64,000 bases of DNA from positions 9,241 through 73,240 of IMG/VR virus record IMGVR_UViG_3300032323_002779; one strand, 5' to 3'. Below are positions 55,857 through 64,000 of this stretch, piece after piece (the first letter of the stretch is position 1; each line of letters begins with the position of its first letter). Made by a program: the position numbers and the translations under genes. The stretch is from a virus. Below the pieces are notes generated by a model. The model made no database searches, had not been told where the DNA came from, and worked only from the letters and a program-made list of their open reading frames with translations.

Positions 55857-56963
55857 GTGAAAAATTTGTCCAAAGAAGAGTTATTAAGTAGGCTTGAAGC
55901 AATTAATAGAAGCAATGCTATTATTTACTTTGACCTAAATGGAAATATATTGGGGGTCAATGATATTTTTTTGGAATCTATGGGTTACGGGGCAGGTAGC
56001 CACAAAGAACTTATTGGCAAACACCATAGTATTTTTGTATGCCAAGAGTACGCAAAATCAGTTGAATACGAAAAGTTTTGGGATATATTAAGAAGTGGTA
56101 AGTTTTATCAGGGGGAGTTTGAAAGAAGAAAAAAAGACGGAAGTCTAATTAATCTTCAGGCAACTTACAATCCTATTTTTGATGAAAATAATAAGATTAC
56201 CAAAATAATGAAAATTGCTACTGACATTACATCAATTGTCGATAGCAAAAAGCAAATAGATGCTATAAACAGAAGTACCGCTCTTGTTAGTTTTAACCCT
56301 GACGGGATTATAACTAACGCAAATTCCATATTTTTAGAAACTATGGGGTATAATTCTGATGAAAAAAATAAAGTTATAGGAAAGCATCATAGTATTTTTG
56401 TAACTTATGAGTACTCAAAGTCTGATGAATACATTAAGTTTTGGGAAAATCTAAAAAAAGGCGTTTTTTTTGACGGGGTATTTGAGAGGTTGAAAGTAGA
56501 TGGCTCTGTCGTTTATTTACAAGCGTCTTACAATCCTGTCGTTGATAGCAAAGGTAATATTACAGACGTGGTTAAAATCGCAACCGATATTACTGAATCT
56601 GTTAATGATAAGAAAAAAATTGATGAACTTACGAACAATTTGACAGTTGAATTAGAGAACTCGAAAAAACTTAAAGATTCAATAGAAATCGAAAAAAATA
56701 TGGCTCTTAATGATTTAGATGTGATGATAAAAAAGAGTCAAAGTGAATTAATAAAAGTAATCGTTAAATGCGCTTTAGCGGTAATAATAGGCGTTGGAAT
56801 TGTAACTACTGTGTTGTATTGGTTAGCGATTGTGACAGATAAGGAAACGCAAATAATTGGTTCGACTTGGAGTAATATGTTTAGCGTTTTGTTGACAAAC
56901 GCATTTTCCATAGTTGGTACAATTATGGGGATTAAATATGCTACGCAGGAAAAAAAGACATAA
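55857..56963 (+). CDS. Tandem PAS/PAC protein with coiled coil and two C-terminal TMs
   Basis: Two AINRS..F..DG.I..N..FL..MGY..IGKHHSIFV..FW..L..G.F.R..KDGS..LQA.YNP..KIATDIT repeats; GTG start. Confidence 0.85.
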   Translation: MKNLSKEELLSRLEAINRSNAIIYFDLNGNILGVNDIFLESMGYGAGSHKELIGKHHSIFVCQEYAKSVEYEKFWDILRSGKFYQGEFERRKKDGSLINLQATYNPIFDENNKITKIMKIATDITSIVDSKKQIDAINRSTALVSFNPDGIITNANSIFLETMGYNSDEKNKVIGKHHSIFVTYEYSKSDEYIKFWENLKKGVFFDGVFERLKVDGSVVYLQASYNPVVDSKGNITDVVKIATDITESVNDKKKIDELTNNLTVELENSKKLKDSIEIEKNMALNDLDVMIKKSQSELIKVIVKCALAVIIGVGIVTTVLYWLAIVTDKETQIIGSTWSNMFSVLLTNAFSIVGTIMGIKYATQEKKT

Positions 56964-56976
56964 ATAAAAAGCGGGT

Positions 56977-57672
56977 ATGAAAAAAAGTAGTTTGGGTGCT
57001 TTAGTTATTTTGGGCGGTATTGCTATAATAGGTTTTGTTTGGTTTAGAAGAAATAAGCCAACTACGGCTGATAAGCAATTGGCTGACTTAACTGCGCAAT
57101 CAAATAGCCTACAAGCGGGTGCTGATACAATTGACAAGCCTTTTGAATATAGTCAAGACACTATAAATAATCAAGGTCAAAATCCGTACTCTTCATCTAT
57201 TTTATCTCCTGCGGAACAACAACAGGTTAATCAAGCCGTAACGGAGAATATAGATTGTGGCTTGGGCTTGGCTTGGTCAACAGGAACAGACTGCACCAAT
57301 TATAACATTCGACACCAACAACAGGCTAACCCAAATAATATTGCTACAAGCGGTTGTAATCCGCCGAAACTTTTGATTACTAATGTGAAGCGATTTAATG
57401 CAAACTTTCCGTTGCCAAGTGGTAGTGGTAGTCTTTGGAATGTGTATTATAGTCTTTGCGGTGCTAATATAAGTGAATTGCTTCCGATAAGTTTTAAGGT
57501 AACAGTTATTGATTCTATTGGTTCTCAAGAGATATTTGTAGATAAGCATTATTTTGTTTTTGACAGTCTTGGAGGAAATTTGCCAAGAAGACCAAAAACC
57601 GCAGTTATAACCCTGTCCATAACGGATAATAAGGGTAAAAATTATATTCAAACATTTAATTATAAAGAATAA
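56977..57672 (+). CDS. Signal-anchored protein with an extra beta-rich C-terminal domain; paralog of 55425
   Basis: Shared N-terminal ~75 aa. Confidence 0.8.
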   Translation: MKKSSLGALVILGGIAIIGFVWFRRNKPTTADKQLADLTAQSNSLQAGADTIDKPFEYSQDTINNQGQNPYSSSILSPAEQQQVNQAVTENIDCGLGLAWSTGTDCTNYNIRHQQQANPNNIATSGCNPPKLLITNVKRFNANFPLPSGSGSLWNVYYSLCGANISELLPISFKVTVIDSIGSQEIFVDKHYFVFDSLGGNLPRRPKTAVITLSITDNKGKNYIQTFNYKE

Positions 57673-57677
57673 AAGTT

Positions 57678-58100
57678 ATGGTTAGTGCAAACTTATTTGG
57701 AAACACGGAATGGGGTAGAGCGCAGGAATTGGCTTATGAAAAGGTTCAAAATGAATTTGGTTCTCTGCCTTATAATTGCGTTTCTTTAGATAAAGACATA
57801 AAGAGAATAAGCGATAGACTTGTTGATGAAAGAAAAAAAAGCCCGTTGCCTAATTTGCAACAAAAGGCTTATTTGGAAGCACTTGAGTTAAAAAAAAGTG
57901 GTTGGGAGAGTACTTTCGCTACAAGAGGTTGTAGAGATATTATTGAAAACATAAGACTTACTACGGGTGCGGTAGAAACAAGTAAATTTGCAATCAGAGC
58001 AGAGCAACAAGTTTTACCTGTCAATCAAAAAGACCAAAGTATTTACATTGGATTAGGAGCGGTTGTGATGTTGATAGGTTTGTATATTGTTCTAAAATAA
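57678..58100 (+). CDS. Helical tail-anchored protein with Cys pair
   Basis: C..L...I.....F...GC; C-terminal TM. Confidence 0.75.
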   Translation: MVSANLFGNTEWGRAQELAYEKVQNEFGSLPYNCVSLDKDIKRISDRLVDERKKSPLPNLQQKAYLEALELKKSGWESTFATRGCRDIIENIRLTTGAVETSKFAIRAEQQVLPVNQKDQSIYIGLGAVVMLIGLYIVLK

Positions 58101-58107
58101 AAAAAAT

Positions 58108-58653
58108 ATGGTTTTTACAAATACAATTCAGGGTACTGCTTACAGTTGCCAATCAGACAAAAGCATTATTGAGATAAAGAAAAATGCTTTAGATTACCAT
58201 ACTAAAAATATCGGTAATCCTGCTAAATCAACTGTGACTCCTGCTCAACTAAAAATTATGGAACTTGATTATGAAACTTCAAAAAAGAAGTATGACGAAT
58301 CTCCTTGTGGAAAAGACCCTGAAACAGATGTCTGTATTGCTTTGCAGGGACAGATAACGTCTATGCAATCAACAATTCAATATTTCCGTAGTAAAGGAGA
58401 TATTCAAACGGCAAATTCAAGAACCAAGCAATTAGAGGAAATGGTTAAGAAATTTGACGATAATAAATGCGGGGAAAAAGTAGGTGGCTTTAGAGCAGGA
58501 GTTATTCGGGAAATTTCAGAAACTTTTCAGGCTTTAGATAAAAAAAGAATTGAAGAGGAAAGCAAGTATCAGGCAAAACAAAAAATATTTTTTGGAGCAA
58601 TAATTTTGGTAGGAGCAGTATTAATTATTACAATGTTCGGTAAAAGACAATAA
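58108..58653 (+). CDS. Helical tail-anchored protein with two Cys-bounded repeats
   Basis: C..L..QI...F...KC; C-terminal TM; resembles 57678. Confidence 0.75.
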   Translation: MVFTNTIQGTAYSCQSDKSIIEIKKNALDYHTKNIGNPAKSTVTPAQLKIMELDYETSKKKYDESPCGKDPETDVCIALQGQITSMQSTIQYFRSKGDIQTANSRTKQLEEMVKKFDDNKCGEKVGGFRAGVIREISETFQALDKKRIEEESKYQAKQKIFFGAIILVGAVLIITMFGKRQ

Positions 58654-58654
58654 G

Positions 58655-59215
58655 ATGAAAAAAGTATTATTATTTGGCGGAATAGCCATAGCGGGTTTCG
58701 GGTTGTATAGATATTTCAAATACCAAATTGATTTGGCTTTAAATTACGATTATAAGTTAAAAGATTTTAAAGTAATAGGTCAGCAAGGGGACTTGCTCAA
58801 AGTTTCTGCTACTTTTGAAATTACTAATAAGTCGTCTTTTAAAGTAGATGTTACAGGATATGAGTTAGAATTGTTTTTCAAAGATGTTCCTTTTGCATTG
58901 ACAAAATCTTCTGAAAAAATAACAATTCAGCCAAACTCTTCATTTCAAATAATTGGTTATGGAGAAATTAATATTAAAACTGCAAAAATCGTAATCGTGC
59001 CTTTCTTAAAAGATGTTTTAGAAAGAAAGCCGATTGATGTTTCGGTTTCAGGTGTTATTAACGTTGTGTTCTTGGGAATACCTACAACTTTGAAATTTGA
59101 CAAGCAAAAGTTCAATTATAGTCTTGATTTGATTGAAGACTATAAATTGGGTAATGCTTATGAAAAATTAAAGGATAAATACCCAAAAATATTTGCTCTT
59201 TTAGGAATTAGATAA
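58655..59215 (+). CDS. LEA_2/WHy-like membrane-anchored protein
   Basis: TM; ITNKSSF.V.V..Y..............I.PNS pattern. Confidence 0.65.
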   Translation: MKKVLLFGGIAIAGFGLYRYFKYQIDLALNYDYKLKDFKVIGQQGDLLKVSATFEITNKSSFKVDVTGYELELFFKDVPFALTKSSEKITIQPNSSFQIIGYGEINIKTAKIVIVPFLKDVLERKPIDVSVSGVINVVFLGIPTTLKFDKQKFNYSLDLIEDYKLGNAYEKLKDKYPKIFALLGIR

Positions 59216-59379
59216 ACTAAAGATATATGGAATGGTTTTTTGGTTGTAGTTGGTATTTTTTTAGTGCGAAAAAAATAAAAAAAGGCATTTTGCAAAATAA
59301 TAAAAAAATTGCTTTTCCTTAAAAAAAAAGATATTATTTTACTATTTTTGACACAAGAAACTATTTAAACTAAAGCATT

Positions 59380-59775
59380 ATGGTTGAGGGTATTGTTAAA
59401 AAAATTATGATGACGGGCATTAACAAATACGCAAAAGCGTATGGCACGTCAAATGAAAACGTTCAAATTAAAGTTACTGACGACATTGACGGGAATGTTT
59501 TTTACACTATGTGTAATGACTTCAAAGATGTTGAACAAGTTACTTTTTTGAATATTATGGATAAGCGAATGGATTTCTTCGGGTATGAGGGTTTGTCATC
59601 GCCTTTCCTTAAAAAAGCATTAGCGATTTTTGCAACCGAAGCAGGTTGTGATGTTTCAAATGTAAACTGTTTTATAATGAAACATAAAGAAACCGTTGGA
59701 TTGGCTTTTTATAACGGATTTAAAAATGGTAAAAACATTCTTCTTGCGAAGCAATTAGAACAGTTAGGATTGTAA
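59380..59775 (+). CDS. Hypothetical protein
   Basis: 131-aa ORF preceded by TATTTTTG (59343-59350). Confidence 0.7.
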   Translation: MVEGIVKKIMMTGINKYAKAYGTSNENVQIKVTDDIDGNVFYTMCNDFKDVEQVTFLNIMDKRMDFFGYEGLSSPFLKKALAIFATEAGCDVSNVNCFIMKHKETVGLAFYNGFKNGKNILLAKQLEQLGL

Positions 59776-59787
59776 AAACATTTAATT

Positions 59788-60090
59788 ATGGCAGTTCAGA
59801 GAAAACCGAGAGAAACTATAACAGTAAACGCAAAAGACATACATTGGATAAAAGAAACGTTAGGTAGTTTAACAGGTAAGGTTGACACAATTGAAAAAAC
59901 AACAACGAAGTTAAATACAACTATCGTTGGAGATGATGCTTATGGACAAGTTGGATTGGTCACTAAAGTCAAAGAACACGCCGATTACATAGAGCAGGAC
60001 AAAGGATTTAAAGCAAAACTTATTGGAGGCAGTATCGTTTTGGGAGGACTTTGGACATTGCTGATAAAGTTTTGGGATAAAATTTTTTAA
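59788..60090 (+). CDS. Coiled-coil protein with C-terminal TM
   Basis: ORF. Confidence 0.7.
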   Translation: MAVQRKPRETITVNAKDIHWIKETLGSLTGKVDTIEKTTTKLNTTIVGDDAYGQVGLVTKVKEHADYIEQDKGFKAKLIGGSIVLGGLWTLLIKFWDKIF

Positions 60091-60102
60091 TAAAAATAAA
60101 AT

Positions 60103-62163
60103 ATGGGAGTTACATCATCACAGGCGCAAAACATTACTTCTCCTAACGGAAACTCATTAGCCGTATTTATTGATGGTGTAACGGGTATTTTGCTATTAAA
60201 AGACATTAATGGCGCAACAGAGCCTTTGTCAAATTATATTTGCGGTGGCGGTGGCGGTGGCACAAGTCCTTTTGAGTACGGAACTACGGGTGGTGGAACA
60301 TCTTCAATACAACCTGTTGTCGGAAGTAATGTAGCGTTTGGAGAAAATGATACAGTAAGTGGTGGTAGTTTTAATACTGCTAATGGAGGTCAATCTACCG
60401 TAAGCGGAGGTATTTATAACGATGCAAGTGGAGATGCTTCTGTTGTTGGTGGCGGGATTTGCAATACTGCTTCGGGATTAAGGTCAATAGTTGCGGGTGG
60501 TCGCTCCAACACCTCTTCGGGTTGTTATTCAATAATCGGAGGCGGTAATTCTAATACCTCTACAAACGATTATTCAGTAGTGGGTGGCGGGAGTACTAAT
60601 ACGGCTTCAGGTATTTACGCAACCGTTGCGGGGGGATATTATAATAACGCTATTTGTGATAGCGCAACAGTTGGAGGCGGGAGATGTAATACTGCTTCAG
60701 AGGCTTGTTCAATAGTTGGAGGGGGTTTTTGTAATATTGCTTCAGGATATACTTCAGCAATTGGAGGTGGTTTTTCTAATACTGCTTCAGGCACTTATTC
60801 AACAATAGGAGGAGGCTCTCTAAATATCACTTCTTGTAATTTGGCAACAGTCGGAGGTGGTAAATATAATACGGTTTCTAATTGTTTTGGTAATATTTCA
60901 GGCGGATTATGTAATACCGTTTCAGGTAAATATAGCAATGTGTCGGGAGGTGTTTGCAATACTGCTTCAGGGGTATATGCTTCGTCTGTTGGTGGCGGAT
61001 TTTCAAATATTTCTTCTTGTTGGTACGCTAATGTTGGTGGGGGTTATCAGAATGAGGCGACCAACTTTAACTCCGTTGTAGGAGGTGGTGCTTTGAATTG
61101 TTCAAGAGGGAATAGCAGTACTGTTGCAGGAGGTTGTAATAATTTGGCGTGTTGTTTTTTTACAAGTATTGGAGGCGGTAGGGCAAATACCGCATCACAA
61201 AATAACGCTACAATAGGAGGAGGTCAATGCAATACTGCTTCGGCTTTATGTTCGACTGTTGGCGGTGGTAGTACAAATATCGCTTCGGGTAATTGCTCGG
61301 TAGTTGGAGGAGGTCAATGCAATAGTGCTTCGGGTGTTTGTTCATCTATTTTAGGCGGTTGCGGAAATACGGCTTCATTTTTAGGCGCAGTAACCATAGG
61401 AGGTTCTGTCAACTGTTCATCAAACGAGCATAGTGTAATTGTTGGAGGGCAATGCAATTGCTCTTTAGGCAAATTTTCTTTCGTTGGAGGAGGTCTTCGT
61501 AATGTAGCGAGATGTTGTAATGCAACAATTGTGGGAGGTCAATACAATGACACCTGTACGTTTTGTAATGTTGTAATTGTAGGAAGCGATTTGTGTGCAA
61601 CGCAAAATTGTACTGCTTTTATGAACTGCGCTTCTATTGCTAATTTAACGGTTGGGTGCGCAGTTGTTGTTGGTGCTAATAAAGTCCTTGTTAATGCTAC
61701 GCCTAAAATTGGTAGTTTCTTCAGTACGGTAACTCAATGCGCTACAACTATTAATACTCCAAAAGCAATGACTTTAAGTAATACTGATGCTATTACTTCG
61801 GGCGTTAGTATAGTTTCAAACTCTCAAATTACAGTTGACACGGCAGGTATTTATAATTTACAATTTTCCGCTCAAGTAGATAGAGTAAGCACTTCGGGAG
61901 TTGACTTAATAGAAATTTGGTTTAGAAAGCAAGGAGTAGATATACCTAATTCAACTACTAAAGTAACTGTGTCGGGAAGTGCTAATCAAGCAAAAGTGGT
62001 TGCGAGTTGGAATTTTTATTTGTCATTAACGGCGGGGCAATATGTGGAATTAATGTATTCTGTGACTGACTTGAACGTTCAACTTGTTGCGGAGGCGGAG
62101 AATTTAGTTGTCCCCTATCCTGCAACACCGTCTTTAATAGTGACAATTCAAAAAATAAATTAA
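60103..62163 (+). CDS. Fibre/spike protein: ~14-aa GG.xN.AS repeats (beta-helix-like) plus C1q/TNF-like C-terminal head
   Basis: About 29 [VI]GGG.xN.AS[GC]..[SA] repeats; ITV..AG.Y.LQFSAQ...L..GQYVEL head. Confidence 0.7.
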   Translation: MGVTSSQAQNITSPNGNSLAVFIDGVTGILLLKDINGATEPLSNYICGGGGGGTSPFEYGTTGGGTSSIQPVVGSNVAFGENDTVSGGSFNTANGGQSTVSGGIYNDASGDASVVGGGICNTASGLRSIVAGGRSNTSSGCYSIIGGGNSNTSTNDYSVVGGGSTNTASGIYATVAGGYYNNAICDSATVGGGRCNTASEACSIVGGGFCNIASGYTSAIGGGFSNTASGTYSTIGGGSLNITSCNLATVGGGKYNTVSNCFGNISGGLCNTVSGKYSNVSGGVCNTASGVYASSVGGGFSNISSCWYANVGGGYQNEATNFNSVVGGGALNCSRGNSSTVAGGCNNLACCFFTSIGGGRANTASQNNATIGGGQCNTASALCSTVGGGSTNIASGNCSVVGGGQCNSASGVCSSILGGCGNTASFLGAVTIGGSVNCSSNEHSVIVGGQCNCSLGKFSFVGGGLRNVARCCNATIVGGQYNDTCTFCNVVIVGSDLCATQNCTAFMNCASIANLTVGCAVVVGANKVLVNATPKIGSFFSTVTQCATTINTPKAMTLSNTDAITSGVSIVSNSQITVDTAGIYNLQFSAQVDRVSTSGVDLIEIWFRKQGVDIPNSTTKVTVSGSANQAKVVASWNFYLSLTAGQYVELMYSVTDLNVQLVAEAENLVVPYPATPSLIVTIQKIN

Positions 62164-62174
62164 ATTTAAAAAAA

Positions 62175-64000
62175 ATGAGTTTAACTAAATCACAATCTCA
62201 AAATATAACTTCTCCTGACGGTAATTCTTTAGCGGTCTTTATTGACGGCGTTACAGGGATTATTACCTTAAAGGACGTTAACGGGAAAACCGAACCTTTA
62301 TCAAACTATGTTTGCGGAGGCGGTGGCGGAGGGACAAGTCCTTTTGAATATAACGCAAACGCAACGGGTATTCAGCCCGTGTTAGGAACAAATGATGCGA
62401 GTGGAGATTACGCCGTAATAGGTGGGGGTCAAAATAATACTGCTTCTTGTAATTGTTCATTTATTGGAGGAGGGGAATATAATAATGTTTCTGAACAATT
62501 ATCAACAATAGGGGGTGGTACTAATAACACGGCATCAGGCAATTCAGCCATAATTGGAGGAGGGCGTTATAACACCACTTCTGATTACGCAACTACTGTT
62601 GGTGGAGGTATATATAATACTGCTTCAAGTTATTACGCAACCGTTGGAGGTGGTAGATGTAACATTGCTTCAAACGAAAGGGCAACTATTGGAGGCGGGG
62701 ATAATAATATATCTTCGGGTTACAGGTCAACAGTAGGGGGTGGTTATGAAAATATCGCTTCTTGCAATGAAGCAACAGTTGCGGGTGGTCGTAGCAATAA
62801 TGCTTGTCATAGTTATACAACAATTGGTGGTGGAGCGAATAATACTGCTTCTTGCAATTTTTCAACAATTTCGGGTGGTCAATGCAATACCGCATCTAAT
62901 ATTTGCACTTTTATAGGAGGCGGATTTTGTAATACTGCTTCGGGTCAATTCTCAAAAATTGGAGCAGGTAGTTGTAATAATGCCTCTTGTTATCACTCAA
63001 TAATTGTAGCAGGTTGTGGAAATTCCGCTTCACAGGCTTTCTCATTTGTAGGAGGTGGTAAATGCAATAATGCTTCAGGCGACTATGGAATAATAGTAGG
63101 TGGTCGTGGCAATACCGCTTCAAATTATTACGCAACGGTTGGTGGCGGTTATTGTAATACTGCTTCGGGTTGTTATGCAACCGTTGGAGGTGGTCGTTGT
63201 AATATTGCTTCGGGCGAATATAGTGCGACAATAAGTGGGGGTCAAAAAAATACTGCTTCCTGTAATTACGCAACAATTGGAGGTGGTTATCGTAATACGG
63301 CTTCTGCTTCTTACACAACGATTGGGGGCGGATATTGCAACACAGTATCAGGACGTCGTTCTACAATTAGTGGTGGTGCGTTTAGTAATGTTTCAGGGTG
63401 TTACGCAACAATAAATGGAGGTTTTGGAAATTTAAACAAATCTAATCTTGGTTTTATTGGTGGCGGTAGTGTAAATGCAAATTCGTCCACGCCTATTTTT
63501 TCCCCTTGTTGCGTAAATAGTAATTGCTTTATATTGGTTGGCAACCAAACTGCAAACTTTGCAATCGGAAATAAAATCGTTGCATCTAATTACAATAATG
63601 ACACTTGTGAATTTAATAACTATGTAGGGGAAGTAGATAATGTTGTTTTTTCGGGTGGTAACACTACTTTACAATTAAGCACAGAGTTTATTTGTAATAA
63701 TCAAATACCAAAATTAATAAACATAACAACCGCACAAGCGGGGTGCGTGTCATCAACAATAGGTGGTGGTTTTGCTAACAGAACTAACGGTTCTTTTGCG
63801 ACAATTGGAGGCGGTAAGGAGAATATTGCATCTTGTTCGTATGCAACCGTTGGAGGAGGTCAAAATAATACTGCATCGGGTCTTTGCTCAACGGTTGGTG
63901 GCGGATTTTGTAACACGGCATCGGGTGTTTGCGCAACAATAAGCGGAGGTCAATGCAATATTGCTTGTGGAGAACTCCCTACTATTTCAGGTGGTAGGGA
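62175..64000 (+). CDS. Second fibre/spike paralog, truncated by the window end (absent from the ORF track)
   Basis: ATG 62175 gives MSLTKSQSQNITSPDGNSLAVFIDGVTG, near-identical to the 60103 N-terminus; same repeats, open to 64000. Confidence 0.85.
   Translation, partial: MSLTKSQSQNITSPDGNSLAVFIDGVTGIITLKDVNGKTEPLSNYVCGGGGGGTSPFEYNANATGIQPVLGTNDASGDYAVIGGGQNNTASCNCSFIGGGEYNNVSEQLSTIGGGTNNTASGNSAIIGGGRYNTTSDYATTVGGGIYNTASSYYATVGGGRCNIASNERATIGGGDNNISSGYRSTVGGGYENIASCNEATVAGGRSNNACHSYTTIGGGANNTASCNFSTISGGQCNTASNICTFIGGGFCNTASGQFSKIGAGSCNNASCYHSIIVAGCGNSASQAFSFVGGGKCNNASGDYGIIVGGRGNTASNYYATVGGGYCNTASGCYATVGGGRCNIASGEYSATISGGQKNTASCNYATIGGGYRNTASASYTTIGGGYCNTVSGRRSTISGGAFSNVSGCYATINGGFGNLNKSNLGFIGGGSVNANSSTPIFSPCCVNSNCFILVGNQTANFAIGNKIVASNYNNDTCEFNNYVGEVDNVVFSGGNTTLQLSTEFICNNQIPKLINITTAQAGCVSSTIGGGFANRTNGSFATIGGGKENIASCSYATVGGGQNNTASGLCSTVGGGFCNTASGVCATISGGQCNIACGELPTISGGR

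Larger units (their letters stand above)
1..64000. mobile_element. Segment of a large Bacteroidota-infecting virus genome
   Basis: No housekeeping genes; packaging ATPase, lysis cassette, fibres, HNH and Bacteroidota promoters. Confidence 0.8.

Noticed and set aside
55857-56963. Methyl-accepting chemotaxis protein or histidine kinase
   Set aside because: No MCP signalling hairpin, HisKA or HATPase domain follows the PAS pair
3407-63318. Numerous short minus-strand and out-of-frame ORFs in the track
   Set aside because: They overlap well-supported + strand genes and lack recognisable motifs; treated as antisense shadows
1-64000. Eukaryotic giant virus (NCLDV), suggested by the A32-like ATPase, GG motifs and DUF5754-like gene
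   Set aside because: Bacteroidota promoters, overlapping operonic genes, intrinsic terminators and peptidoglycan enzymes indicate a bacterial host
277-64000. Stop-codon reassignment
   Set aside because: The standard code already gives near-complete coding density, with very long ORFs and tight gene junctions
1-64000. tRNA, rRNA or structured ncRNA genes
   Set aside because: Intergenic gaps are short and AT-rich; no cloverleaf or other RNA signature was seen by eye

Overview
An AT-rich, gene-dense segment of what is almost certainly a large bacteriophage of Bacteroidota. Support: TTTG-N19-TAnnTTTG promoters, no Shine-Dalgarno sites, A-rich ATG context, TAATG gene overlaps and peptidoglycan enzymes. 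Every gene from 277 onward is on the + strand. Three blocks are visible. (1) 0.3-27.8 kb: modular 'polyvalent' proteins up to 2781 aa, carrying Zeta-type kinase, ART-like, Cys-His-Asp, ParB-like and DUF2958-like modules. Their domains are separated by about 60 copies of a [FYML]-x-x-G-G motif (mostly [YF]A[DKN]GG), three of the proteins share a C-terminal PDYL[RK]MFLG tag, and a MoxR-type AAA+ ATPase lies among them. (2) 27.8-60 kb: about 60 small membrane-anchored proteins, an A32/P9-like FtsK-HerA packaging ATPase, a lysis cassette, a separately transcribed beta-rich capsid candidate whose N-terminus carries the same GG motif, and an HExxH metalloprotease. (3) 60-64 kb: two Cys/Gly-rich repeat fibres. 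No terminase, portal, HK97 capsid or tail genes are recognisable in the window. Best hypothesis (inference, not demonstrated): an unusually large tailless, membrane-containing virus with a motif-directed polyprotein processing and cargo-loading system. Family assignments come from motif recognition by eye and counts are manual; no searches were run.
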